From Eledone cirrhosa (taxonomy: Eukaryota): a stretch of 64,000 bases of DNA. The position numbers and the translations under genes were made by a program. The stretch spans positions 102,424,001 to 102,488,000 of the forward strand of contig OZ024743.1 in assembly GCA_964016885.1 (NCBI GenBank), read 5' to 3'. The notes below the pieces were generated by a model that was not told where the DNA came from, did no database searches, and saw nothing but the letters and a program-made list of their open reading frames with translations. Of this stretch, positions 14,515 to 29,157 are shown piece after piece. Position 1 is the stretch's first letter, and the number at the start of each line of letters is the position of its first letter.

Positions 14515-14925
14515 TTAGCCATCGGGCTTTAACACTGGCTTAAAGTGTTTGAAAGTTGCAAAGTTCTTGTGCATGCAGTTCGGGCAGTGTTCAGAGAGTT
14601 GTTCAGTAGCGGGCCCTTGGCGAATAAAATTTCGTAGCTCTCTGAAATACAAAGGTCGCAGCCCTTGTGTCCTCCGTTGTAAGAGCGCGTTTCCTGGAGT
14701 ATTTTCCATTTAAGCGTGAAGGGGGTGGAGTTCCTTTTGAGGTCCCAAACGTAGGAGGCGAGTGTTGTCTGATTTGATTTATCCGGTCACCTGAAGGAGT
14801 GGGTATGGGCATACCAACGGGTCTTAAAGTTGTTGGAGGTCATGCCGATGTAAGTTTTTTTGCAAGCCTCGGTGCCTGAGATGACATCGCATTTGTATAC
14901 GATATCATTTGTGAGGCATTTGTTT
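14515..14925 (-). pseudogene. Decayed Naiad-like PLE GIY-YIG endonuclease fragment
   Basis: Manual translation [14 protein letters not shown]...[22 protein letters not shown]...TTLASYVWDLK...WKIL...CDLCISE, then frameshifted NCMHKNFATFKHFKP; aligns to the PLE1/PLE3 C-termini. Confidence 0.85.
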
Positions 14926-14961
14926 ATATATATACTTACACACACATATATATATATACTT

Positions 14962-15005
<44 letters not shown>

Positions 15006-15007
15006 TT

Positions 15008-15061
<54 letters not shown>

Positions 15062-15063
15062 TT

Positions 15064-15096
<33 letters not shown>

Positions 15097-15133
15097 CTTA
15101 TACACACACATATATATATATATATATATACTT

Positions 15134-15170
<37 letters not shown>

Positions 15171-15173
15171 CTT

Positions 15174-15212
<39 letters not shown>

Positions 15213-15215
15213 CTT

Positions 15216-15257
<42 letters not shown>

Positions 15258-15259
15258 TT

Positions 15260-15294
<35 letters not shown>

Positions 15295-15303
15295 CTTACA
15301 CAC

Positions 15304-15336
<33 letters not shown>

Positions 15337-15367
15337 GATACATATGTCTATATATATATATATATAT

Positions 15368-17569
15368 AGTTATACTTTGGGAGGGTCATGTTGCCAATAA
15401 GAAACACACGCATCAGTAGCTTTGACTTCAATTTATTATAAATTAAATTCATAAATTTAAGAATTTATAAATTTCCGGTTGGTTGGTTGGTTCCAGGAAC
15501 GGACGGTTGTTCATATATTGTCAAAGCTCTTTCGTCACACATTCTGTGACCTCTTCAGTGACTGGGAATTCTTATCTTTATTTTGTGCCTCTCCTTTGTT
15601 CTGTCCTACGCCATATTGTTTTTTGTGTGTGTTGTGTGCTTAGTTTGCGCATGTGTTACATCCGGGTGTCTGTGTTTTATTTGTTTATTTATTTGTTTAT
15701 TTACATGTTACTGGTTGGTTGTTTGTTCTATGTGTGTGTGTTTTCATTTTTTCCGTATTTGTAAGTTGTGATGTTGCTATTCCATTCATGTTTTCTGTTT
15801 AATTTTCTTTGGAGTTCATTTATGCTTATTGCTTCTGTGATTGTCTAAACATTGCGTCTTTTCTGTTTGTAGATTTTATTTTTATTTCTATGGTCTATTT
15901 TAGCATGTTGGTGGAGTACTGATGAAGCTTTTCTATCTTGAAGCTCTCGCCAGTGTTCATTGAATCGTTCTCCTGTACTACGAGCTGTCTCACCTATGTA
16001 CACTATATTCTTATCTTTATATTGTCCTTCAGTACATCTTAAGCAATAAACTATGTTTCTAGTTTTACAGTTAATATGGGGGCTTACATATTTTGCATTT
16101 CTTATCTATACAGGGAGGTCTTTGAAAACGGTATGTATTACTAATAAGTGTTTTTATGGAGGTACCTGGTCTTTCTACTATCTTAATATTTAGTTTAATT
16201 TTTTCTAGGGCCCTTCTACATTTGTAAGCTAATTCACCTCTAGGGGTTGTATTGATGAAGATTACACTCTGGTATTTATTGCTATCATACCATGAGTTTA
16301 TTCTATTAACCTTATTCCTAATTTTTTCTATTCTATCCCACAATTTGCTTCTATACAAGGGGCAGGTCCCATTTGTATCATTATTTACCATTTTTTCCCA
16401 TTTGGTTCTGGCTCTTCTATACACTCTGATTTTATCTCTTTAATAGTACCCAGAGAACTGCATACGGTGGATGAAGTGTTGTATGTGTCTCTCTAGTTCT
16501 TTGGGGTTGCACATGCGGGACACATTTCTCATCACATCGTACTAAATCCGCAATCAGTATGTTGATTTTGGTGTGGTCCGAAACAGCTGAGCTTCGGTGG
16601 ATAAGATATTTGGAAGTCATGGGTTTGGCTTAATGCGAATGGACGATTTTATTTTTGTTATTAATGGTTTCTAACCAGAGGTCTGTGTCTAGTACAGGTA
16701 ATCGATGGTTGGGGTGTTTGCTTGGGTAGTCTATAGTAACTCTAATACTCTGGTGGATGGACTGAGCTATTTGCTGGATGCTTTCCATGGTGTTTTTCTC
16801 TAATTCCTGACTTTTCTCTAGTGGGGGTGTTTTTACTACGATGTTTATATCATCAACGTAGCGAGAGTATATTATCAGGGTCTTCTAATTGTTCTTTAAG
16901 TTTATTGTCCCACCATACCATGAATAAGTTAGCTATGTCACCTGCAATGCTAACACCAATAGCTGCTCCCTCCTCTTGGGCATATGTTTTTCCATTAAAT
17001 TTGAACGTATGTTCCTTAAGGATTAGTTTTATACTGGCCCCCCACTGCTGTGCAATCATTTTCTTCAGTTCATCATGGTTTTCGGGGGTCCGTATGGCTC
17101 TAGTCCACCCGTCCCATCTTTCTGAGTGGGTTTTCTTGGCCATTGAGGTAATGGTAGCTGGTCTGCCTCTTGCTGGACTTGTGGGGCAGAGGTTTCTAAG
17201 GTCATACGTATCTAGATAATCATTACTATAAGTAAGTTTAAGTATCTATCCCACGGAATTCAACATTGCTCTCACTGATCCATTCTACGCATTTCTCCAC
17301 AGCAAAATCCACATCAATAGATGGGTATAGGGACACAACAACCATACTACCTATTTACAGTCTGTTAGGTCCCTAGATCGGTTATTTCGCTGATTCTGTT
17401 GAGGAGGTCCTCTGTGTTGTCACATATATCAAGGGACATTTCAATGATGGGGCGTACGATCAGGGAGTGGGAGTAGAACAGTCTGTAGTTACTAGCAGAA
17501 TCAGCGAAAATAACCGATCTAGGGAACTAACAGACTGTATAATAGGTAGCATGGATGTTGTGTCCCTAT
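15368..17569 (-). mobile_element. Decayed, 5'-truncated copy of the PLE2 family
   Basis: Fragmented ORFs (16071-16424, 16432-16620, 16853-17143) match the PLE2 protein; pLTR with HHR at 15368-15565; short 5' inversion 17494-17569. Confidence 0.9.
15520..15562 (-). ncRNA. Minimal hammerhead ribozyme (PLE2-family pLTR)
   Basis: gtca-CTGAAGA-g-gtcaca(gaatg)tgtgac-GAAA-gagc-TT-tgac. Confidence 0.75.
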
Positions 17570-17599
17570 TACACACTCCCTCATTGTTCTACAGGCAAC

Positions 17600-17812
17600 T
17601 TCAGCCACCACCACCACCCACCAAATGCCATGATAGATTTATTTGTTTTTACAACAAATGTTGACCAATCCTCTTGACAACTACAATCTTCCCATATAAG
17701 GAAGTACCCCTAGACAATTTCGGCTATTTATTTACCAGGCTAAAAATTCTAATTTAGTCCAGAAATAGCCGTCGAAATGACTTGAGCTCTGCCGTCGGGG
17801 TCATACCTTTTC
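17600..17812 (+). mobile_element. Decayed solo pLTR of the PLE3 family with HHR-like motif (17706-17801)
   Basis: acccc..cggctattta..ccagg..tttagtccagaa.tagccgtc-GAAA-tgacttgagctctgccgtc-ggggt aligns to 32134-32227; ends in (TA)n. Confidence 0.7.
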
Positions 17813-18149
17813 TATATATATATATATATATATATGTTTGTATATATATGTATATATATATATATATATATATGAAAGATGTAAAGTAAGAACATTTTAA
17901 AAAATTAACTACTAAATTTTCACTCCAATTAATTAGTTTCTGTAAGGGAATAAATACAGTTAGGTGCTGCCCTTGATATATATTTATATAACAGATATAT
18001 ATTTACATTTGTTTTTCTTGGCATATTCTTAACCAAATTTTCAATTTACACCGATATATATATATATAGACATATATATATACACATATATATATACACA
18101 CATATATATATATATATATATATACATATATATATACACATATATATAT

Positions 18150-18190
<41 letters not shown>

Positions 18191-18243
18191 TATATACACA
18201 CACATATATATGTATATATATATATATATATACATATATATAT

Positions 18244-18286
<43 letters not shown>

Positions 18287-18291
18287 TATAT

Positions 18292-18348
<57 letters not shown>

Positions 18349-18353
18349 CATAT

Positions 18354-18419
<66 letters not shown>

Positions 18420-18420
18420 C

Positions 18421-18499
<79 letters not shown>

Positions 18500-18544
18500 T
18501 ATACATATATATATATATATTATATATATACATATATATATATA

Positions 18545-19153
18545 TGGTGGCTGCCAACTCGTTTTCGAGTACGGCCACTACTTTACATCCATGTAGGAGA
18601 ACCCCTACTGATGCGCTGAACGAGTGTGACTTTTTAGTCCAGCCAGCGACTTGAAAGCTCTGGTACAAACACTACACTTGTGACAATTATTGACACATAG
18701 TGCTGGGCCCATGGTACCATGTGACGACAAATGCAGAGAGATCTCCAGATATAAAGCAATGCCTGTGCCGTGAAGCTTTTATAGTGAGCAAAGGCACTGC
18801 ACAAAGCCAGTCCCACTCTCTTAACCAAGATGATATTTACCAAAAAGAAGAACAAGTCAACATCATTGGATACCATCAGGGTTGCAGGTGTTATATCAGA
18901 GTTTTCCTTCTCCTAGAATTCTGCCTTGACAAAGGCTAAGGGGTCATCTCTCCCGGTGATTTTGGATGGCCATTGACTCTTAAGAGCTCCTTTGCCTTTT
19001 GACAGGTTTTGTTTTTAGTCCTGCAGGATGTCCAAAGTCACCCTCCTCACCAAGAAACCTTGGTGGGGTTGCCAGTTTAGTCGCCAACGACCCGATCATG
19101 GGACAGGTTGTACTGGAATACATGTTACCAGTAGCACCAACTGGTGACCTGAC

Positions 19154-19155
<2 letters not shown>
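18545..19155 (-). mobile_element. Possible RTE-type LINE 5' UTR remnant
   Basis: Higher-GC island between (TA)n tracts containing CTAGGAGAAGGAAAACTCTGA on the minus strand, a motif I associate with invertebrate RTE 5' UTRs; no coding motif recognised. Confidence 0.35.
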
Positions 19156-19226
<71 letters not shown>

Positions 19227-19231
19227 TATAT

Positions 19232-19285
<54 letters not shown>

Positions 19286-19312
19286 GTATGTATATATATA
19301 TGTATGTATATA

Positions 19313-19361
<49 letters not shown>

Positions 19362-19392
19362 GTATGTATGTATGTATATATATATGTATATA

Positions 19393-19431
<39 letters not shown>

Positions 19432-19465
19432 ATATATATATATATATATAATATATATATATATA

Positions 19466-19588
<123 letters not shown>

Positions 19589-19847
19589 CATTATATATAT
19601 ATATATATACATACATATATATATATATATATTTCGTTTCTGAATTTGTTTAGCAAGATTCTTTATCTGAAATCGTGTGTTGAAACCGATATTGTTATAC
19701 TTTGGGAGGGTCATGTTGCCAATAAGAAACACACGCACCAGTTGCTTTCACTTCAATTTAATTTAATATATATTTATAAATTTACAAATTTATAAATTTC
19801 TGGTTGGTTGGTTGGTTCCACAACCAGATAGTTGTTTATATATATAT

Positions 19848-19892
19848 AGTCATAGTTCTTTCGTCACACACTCTGTGACCTCTTCAGTGACT
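19848..19892 (-). ncRNA. Minimal hammerhead ribozyme (inverted PLE2 copy)
   Basis: Exact reverse complement of 26391-26435. Confidence 0.8.
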
Positions 19893-20188
19893 GGGGATTT
19901 CTTTCTTCGTTTCTGTGCCTTTCCTTTCTTCTATCCTACGCCATTTTGTTTGTGTGTGGGTTGCGTGCTCAGTTTGCGCATGCGCCACATCCGGGTGTCT
20001 GTGTGTGTTTGTGTTCATTTTTCTATTTTTATATTTATATTTGTTTGTTTATTTATTTATTTATTGTTGGTTGGTTGTTTGTTCTATGTGTGTGTGTGTT
20101 TTCATTTTGTCTTGTGTGTGTTTTCATTTTGTGTGTGTTTTCAATTGTAAGTTGTTTATATATGTGTGTGTGTGTTTTCATTTTGTCC

Positions 20189-22131
20189 TTAATTGTAAGT
20201 TGTGATGTTGCTGTTCCACTCATATTTTCTATTTAATTTTGGTTTTAATTCTTTTATGCTTACTGCCTCTGTAATTTGCCTAAACATTGCGTCTTTCTTG
20301 TGTGTGGATTCTATTTTTATTTCTATGCTCTCTAATTTACCCCTGTGTTCTATCTTAGCATGTTGGTAGAGCACAGATGATTCTTTACTATCTTGGAGGT
20401 CTCGCCAGTGTTCATTTATTCGTTCCCCTATACTACGAGCTGTCTCACCTATGTACACTATATTTTTGTTTCTACATTGTCCCTCAGTACATCTTATGCT
20501 ATATACTACATTTCTAGTTTTACAGTTAATATGGGGGCTTATTTTACAGGTTATACATTTCTTATCTATACATGAGGGTCTTTGGAACGGGTATGTCTTG
20601 CTAATAAGTGTTTTTACGGAGGTACCAGGTCTTTCTACTATCTTAATATTGAGATTATGTTTCTTTAGGGCCCTTCTAAATTTGTAGGCTAGTTCACCTC
20701 TAGGGGTTGTATTGATGAACATTACACTCTGGTATTTATTGCTATCATACCATGAGTTTATTCTATTGGCCTTGTTCTTAGTTCTTTCTATTCTATTCCA
20801 AAATTTGCTCCTATACAAGGGGCAGGTCCCATTTATGTCATTATTTACCATTTTTTCCCATTTGGTTCTGGCTCCTTTATACACTCTGATTCTATCTCTC
20901 TGATTGTAGCCAGAGAACTGCATACGGTGGATGAAGTGTTGTATGTGTCTCTCTAGTTCTTCGGGGTTGCACATGCGGGACACATTTCTCATCACCCGTA
21001 TCAAATCCGCAATCAGTATGTTGATTTTGGTATGGTCCGAAATGGCCGAGTTTCGGTGGATCAGATGTTTGGAAGTCATGGGTTTGGCATAATGGGAATG
21101 GAGGATTTGTTTTTGGTTGTTAATAGTATCTAACCAGAGCTCTGTGTCTAGTACAGGTAATCGATGGTTGGGGTGTCTACTTGGGTAGTCTATAGTAACT
21201 CTAATGCTCTGGTGGATGGAGTTTGCTATTTGCTGGATGCTTTCCATTGTGTTTTTCTCAGGTTCCTGACTGTTCTTTAGTGGGGGTGTCTTAACTACGA
21301 TGTTTATATCATCTACGTAGCGGGAGTACATTATCAGGGTTAATCTGTCTTCTAATTGTTCTTTAAGTTTTTGTTTAAGTCTACTGTCCCACCATACCAT
21401 GAACAAGTTAGCTATGTCGCCTGCAATGCTAACACCAATGGCTGCTCCTTCCTCTTGGGCATATGTTTTACCATTAAATTTGAACATATGTTCCTTAAGG
21501 GTTAATTTTATGCTGGCCCCTACCGCATGTGCAATCATTTTCTTCAGTTCATCGTGGTTTTCGGGTGTCCGTATGGCTCTGGTCCACCCGTTCCATCTAT
21601 CTGTGTGGGTTTTCTTGGCCATTGAGGTAATGGTAGGTGGTCTGCCTCTTGCTGGTCTTGTAGGGCACAGGTTGCTAAGGTCATAAGTGTCTAGGTAACT
21701 ATTACTATGGGTAAGCTTAAGTAGAAGTCCCAGCTCACTGGTATCAATCCCACGGAACTCAACCTTGCTCTCGCTGATCATTTCGACGCATTTCTCCACA
21801 GCAAAATCCACGTCAATAGATGGATACAGGGACACAACATCCATACTGCCTATTATGCAGTTTGTTAGGTCCCCAGATCGGTTACCCGCGTCGATTCTGC
21901 TGAGGAGGTCCTCCGTGCTGTCACACACATCTGGGGACATCTCAATGATGGGGCGTATGATCAGGGAGAGGAAGTAGGACAGTCTGTAGTTACTAGCAAT
22001 GTTAGCCCCACAGACTGGCCGTGTTGGTGGTCCCGCGACAGGGTCCCAGCCCGTTTTATGGTCTTTTCGAAGCCCATACAACGCCGGCACGTCATTGTTC
22101 CAGGCCTGGAAGTTGTTGGCAGTCCTTTTGT
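20189..22131 (-). pseudogene. Inverted 5'-truncated PLE2 ORF (complete RT core, thumb and GIY-YIG, no N-terminus)
   Basis: Protein identical to the C-terminal ~646 aa of the 22267-26094 ORF from KRTANNFQ onward. Confidence 0.9.
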
Positions 22132-22290
22132 ATATATATATATATATAAACAACTATATATATATATAAACAACTATCTGGTTGTGGAACCAACCAACCA
22201 ACCAGAAATTTATAAATTTGTAAATTTATAAATATATATTAAATTAAATTGAAGTGAAAGCAACTGGTGCGTGTGTTTCTTATTGGCAAC

Positions 22291-25200
22291 ATGACCCTCC
22301 CAAAGTATAACAATATCGGTTTCAACACACGATTTCAGATAAAGAATCTTGCTAAACAAATTCAGAAACGAAATATCGTAAGCCTTAGCCAGGCTAACAA
22401 GATACTGAAAACCACCATGTTCTGTTGTCTACGAAAAACCATAACATCTCGACAACTACACTTCATAAAACTGTGCACCACTTCTAGAATCTACACCAAC
22501 ACCATCAATACCGACGTTAGAAGATTACAACTCACCAAAAAACAAGCAGATAGGCTAAAACGAACTTTAATTCTAAACATAAAAAAGAAGATCTATAGAG
22601 AATTAAGTCATCAAGAAAAACTAAAGCGTAACCTAATAGATGAAATATCTAAAATCACCACACCAGCAGAAAAACTAACATTTATAAGCCTTATACGACC
22701 CGAAGAACAGTACATTACTCAAGAATGTAATAAGCACTTTAACAGAAAATTAAAGTGGCTTAAACAGGCAAAGCTAAATCGGGATACTATAGAGTATACC
22801 AATAGATATCCCGACAAAATTGACGGTATCAACATGGCCGACACCTCATTATCTGAAGAGTTCAACAATGAAAATACCAACATTTATGGAAACACGAAAA
22901 TAGATAATAATGAAATGTCTGTGTTACGTTTGCCACCCAAATTTGCGACATTCAAGAAGGTAAATATGATTAGTTGTCTGTCAGAAATAGAAAAATCATT
23001 TACGAAACTACGCTGGAGCATCAAAAACAAAAACAAAAGCAACAATATACGCACACACATATACAACACACATCCCAACAACAACAGACACACAGACACA
23101 AACAATAACAACAACAATAGCAACATACCCAGATACAATACCAACAATAGCAACATACCCAGATACAACAGACACGCAGACACAAACAACAATAACAACA
23201 CACACGGAGACAACAATAACAACAACACACACATCAACAACAACAACAACAGCAACATACCCAGATACAACAACAACAGACACGCAAACACAAACAACAA
23301 TAACAACACACACAACAACGATAACACACACACACACGGAGACAACAACACACATCAACAACAACACACATCAACAACAACAACACACACACATTCAATG
23401 CCTCTCACCACCACTACAATCTTAACAAACACACAGACACAGAAAACAAGTAATGACAGTAGCACAGAAATCAGAGAAATAAGAGAAAGTAATAGGATTA
23501 AAAGGAGTAGGGAGACTAAGGACAAAGAGAATAACCAAGACGAACACACAGACACACAAAATAGGGTAGATAACAACATTGAGCCAGTGGAAAGAGACAG
23601 GAGTAATTATGAGAGACATAGAAACAACCATGAAGCTGAGGCTGCTGCTGTTGGTGGAAATAGAAACAACACAACTAACAATAGCGCAAGTACACATAAA
23701 GCAGCAGCCTGGAACTCTCCGTTTTATAACCACTCCGATAAATCATTCGACCTACGACGAGTCCACGCCACGACTTTGCCATTTAACAAACGCACGCAGT
23801 TGCCGTCGCAGGTCGATGAACAAACAGAAGCACAATTTAGTATAGCTAAATCCGAACTTAGAAATATTATAGAACAGTATAGCAAGAAGCATAATAGAAT
23901 AGAGGCCCAGCAACTGGGAGAAGAATCTGCAAATGGCTTGCGTAAGCTCATGCAGCGCTCGCGTAATGGAGAGATAGCATGCTTTCCAACAGACAAGTCT
24001 GGCAGAATGTCGGTTGACAGCCTGCCAAACTACATCCAGGCAATGCAACCCCACATCACTAACACAAGAGAGGTAACACCACAGGAGCATGAGGACAGAG
24101 AAAAAACCCTCAATGCCCATATGGTGATGTGGACAAATATAATGCAGCCCAACAAAAGGACTGCCAACAACTTCCAGGCCTGGAACAATGACGTGCCGGC
24201 GTTGTATGGGCTTCGAAAAGACCATAAAACGGGCTGGGACCCTGTCGCGGGACCACCAACACGGCCAGTCTGTGGGGCTAACATTGCTAGTAACTACAGA
24301 CTGTCCTACTTCCTCTCCCTGATCATACGCCCCATCATTGAGATGTCCCCAGATGTGTGTGACAGCACGGAGGACCTCCTCAGCAGAATCGACGCGGGTA
24401 ACCGATCTGGGGACCTAACAAACTGCATAATAGGCAGTATGGATGTTGTGTCCCTGTATCCATCTATTGACGTGGATTTTGCTGTGGAGAAATGCGTCGA
24501 AATGATCAGCGAGAGCAAGGTTGAGTTCCGTGGGATTGATACCAGTGAGCTGGGACTTCTACTTAAGCTTACCCATAGTAATAGTTACCTAGACACTTAT
24601 GACCTTAGCAACCTGTGCCCTACAAGACCAGCAAGAGGCAGACCACCTACCATTACCTCAATGGCCAAGAAAACCCACACAGATAGATGGAACGGGTGGA
24701 CCAGAGCCATACGGACACCCGAAAACCACGATGAACTGAAGAAAATGATTGCACATGCGGTAGGGGCCAGCATAAAATTAACCCTTAAGGAACATATGTT
24801 CAAATTTAATGGTAAAACATATGCCCAAGAGGAAGGAGCAGCCATTGGTGTTAGCATTGCAGGCGACATAGCTAACTTGTTCATGGTATGGTGGGACAGT
24901 AGACTTAAACAAAAACTTAAAGAACAATTAGAAGACAGATTAACCCTGATAATGTACTCCCGCTACGTAGATGATATAAACATCGTAGTTAAGACACCCC
25001 CACTAAAGAACAGTCAGGAACCTGAGAAAAACACAATGGAAAGCATCCAGCAAATAGCAAACTCCATCCACCAGAGCATTAGAGTTACTATAGACTACCC
25101 AAGTAGACACCCCAACCATCGATTACCTGTACTAGACACAGAGCTCTGGTTAGATACTATTAACAACCAAAAACAAATCCTCCATTCCCATTATGCCAAA

Positions 25201-26094
25201 CCCATGACTTCCAAACATCTGATCCACCGAAACTCGGCCATTTCGGACCATACCAAAATCAACATACTGATTGCGGATTTGATACGGGTGATGAGAAATG
25301 TGTCCCGCATGTGCAACCCCGAAGAACTAGAGAGACACATACAACACTTCATCCACCGTATGCAGTTCTCTGGCTACAATCAGAGAGATAGAATCAGAGT
25401 GTATAAAGGAGCCAGAACCAAATGGGAAAAAATGGTAAATAATGACATAAATGGGACCTGCCCCTTGTATAGGAGCAAATTTTGGAATAGAATAGAAAGA
25501 ACTAAGAACAAGGCCAATAGAATAAACTCATGGTATGATAGCAATAAATACCAGAGTGTAATGTTCATCAATACAACCCCTAGAGGTGAACTAGCCTACA
25601 AATTTAGAAGGGCCCTAAAGAAACATAATCTCAATATTAAGATAGTAGAAAGACCTGGTACCTCCGTAAAAACACTTATTAGCAAGACATACCCGTTCCA
25701 AAGACCCTCATGTATAGATAAGAAATGTATAACCTGTAAAATAAGCCCCCATATTAACTGTAAAACTAGAAATGTAGTATATAGCATAAGATGTACTGAG
25801 GGACAATGTAGAAACAAAAATATAGTGTACATAGGTGAGACAGCTCGTAGTATAGGGGAACGAATAAATGAACACTGGCGAGACCTCCAAGATAGTAAAG
25901 AATCATCTGTGCTCTACCAACATGCTAAGATAGAACACAGGGGTAAATTAGAGAGCATAGAAATAAAAATAGAATCCACACACAAGAAAGACGCAATGTT
26001 TAGGCAAATTACAGAGGCAGTAAGCATAAAAGAATTAAAACCAAAATTAAATAGAAAATATGAGTGGAACAGCAACATCACAACTTACAATTAA
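22291..26094 (+). CDS. PLE2 reverse transcriptase / GIY-YIG endonuclease protein (1267 aa from first ATG; frame open from 22267)
   Basis: TDKSG, LYGLRKDHK, RPVC, GSMDVVSLYPSID, QEEGAAIGVSIAGDIANLFM, RYVDD, LPVLD; Cys linker CIDKKCITC; VVYSIRC...YIGETARSIGERINEH; EAVSI...LNRKYEW. Confidence 0.93.
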   Translation: MTLPKYNNIGFNTRFQIKNLAKQIQKRNIVSLSQANKILKTTMFCCLRKTITSRQLHFIKLCTTSRIYTNTINTDVRRLQLTKKQADRLKRTLILNIKKKIYRELSHQEKLKRNLIDEISKITTPAEKLTFISLIRPEEQYITQECNKHFNRKLKWLKQAKLNRDTIEYTNRYPDKIDGINMADTSLSEEFNNENTNIYGNTKIDNNEMSVLRLPPKFATFKKVNMISCLSEIEKSFTKLRWSIKNKNKSNNIRTHIYNTHPNNNRHTDTNNNNNNSNIPRYNTNNSNIPRYNRHADTNNNNNTHGDNNNNNTHINNNNNSNIPRYNNNRHANTNNNNNTHNNDNTHTHGDNNTHQQQHTSTTTTHTHSMPLTTTTILTNTQTQKTSNDSSTEIREIRESNRIKRSRETKDKENNQDEHTDTQNRVDNNIEPVERDRSNYERHRNNHEAEAAAVGGNRNNTTNNSASTHKAAAWNSPFYNHSDKSFDLRRVHATTLPFNKRTQLPSQVDEQTEAQFSIAKSELRNIIEQYSKKHNRIEAQQLGEESANGLRKLMQRSRNGEIACFPTDKSGRMSVDSLPNYIQAMQPHITNTREVTPQEHEDREKTLNAHMVMWTNIMQPNKRTANNFQAWNNDVPALYGLRKDHKTGWDPVAGPPTRPVCGANIASNYRLSYFLSLIIRPIIEMSPDVCDSTEDLLSRIDAGNRSGDLTNCIIGSMDVVSLYPSIDVDFAVEKCVEMISESKVEFRGIDTSELGLLLKLTHSNSYLDTYDLSNLCPTRPARGRPPTITSMAKKTHTDRWNGWTRAIRTPENHDELKKMIAHAVGASIKLTLKEHMFKFNGKTYAQEEGAAIGVSIAGDIANLFMVWWDSRLKQKLKEQLEDRLTLIMYSRYVDDINIVVKTPPLKNSQEPEKNTMESIQQIANSIHQSIRVTIDYPSRHPNHRLPVLDTELWLDTINNQKQILHSHYAKPMTSKHLIHRNSAISDHTKINILIADLIRVMRNVSRMCNPEELERHIQHFIHRMQFSGYNQRDRIRVYKGARTKWEKMVNNDINGTCPLYRSKFWNRIERTKNKANRINSWYDSNKYQSVMFINTTPRGELAYKFRRALKKHNLNIKIVERPGTSVKTLISKTYPFQRPSCIDKKCITCKISPHINCKTRNVVYSIRCTEGQCRNKNIVYIGETARSIGERINEHWRDLQDSKESSVLYQHAKIEHRGKLESIEIKIESTHKKDAMFRQITEAVSIKELKPKLNRKYEWNSNITTYN

Positions 26095-26390
26095 GGACAA
26101 AATGAAAACACACACACACATATATAAACAACTTACAATTGAAAACACACACAAAATGAAAACACACACAAGACAAAATGAAAACACACACACACATAGA
26201 ACAAACAACCAACCAACAATAAATAAATAAATAAACAAACAAATATAAATATAAAAATAGAAAAATGAACACAAACACACACAGACACCCGGATGTGGCG
26301 CATGCGCAAACTGAGCACGCAACCCACACACAAACAAAATGGCGTAGGATAGAAGAAAGGAAAGGCACAGAAACGAAGAAAGAAATCCCC

Positions 26391-26435
26391 AGTCACTGAA
26401 GAGGTCACAGAGTGTGTGACGAAAGAACTATGACT
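26391..26435 (+). ncRNA. Minimal type I hammerhead ribozyme (PLE2 3' UTR)
   Basis: agtca-CTGAAGA-g-gtcaca(gagtg)tgtgac-GAAA-gaac-TA-tgact. Confidence 0.82.
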
Positions 26436-26593
26436 ATATATATATAAACAACTATCTGGTTGTGGAACCAACCAACCAACCAGAAATTTATAAATTTGTA
26501 AATTTATAAATATATATTAAATTAAATTGAAGTGAAAGCAACTGGTGCGTGTGTTTCTTATTGGCAACATGACCCTCCCAAAGTATAACAATA

Positions 26594-29065
<2,472 letters not shown>

Positions 29066-29157
29066 ACGAAGGAAATGTGGTAAGGAACCAGGTGGACCAT
29101 AACGCACCAAAGTACTCAATACTTGAGGTAGTAGAGTGGGTAATAGGAACCAGTAAG

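Larger units (their letters stand above)
19629..26596 (+). mobile_element. PLE2: Penelope-like retroelement, full-length copy plus inverted 5'-truncated copy
   Basis: RT+GIY-YIG ORF; short direct pLTRs (about 22153-22316 and 26433-26594); inverted copy 19629-22131; both 3' ends abut (TA)n. Confidence 0.93.

Noticed and set aside
14787-14789. In-frame TGA in the Naiad-like GIY-YIG fragment as possible selenocysteine (some Naiads encode selenoproteins)
   Set aside because: Aligns to a non-Cys position (Asn in HTFRNP/HSFKNA), the copy is also frameshifted, no SECIS was recognised, and the intact PLE1 ORF has no in-frame TGA.
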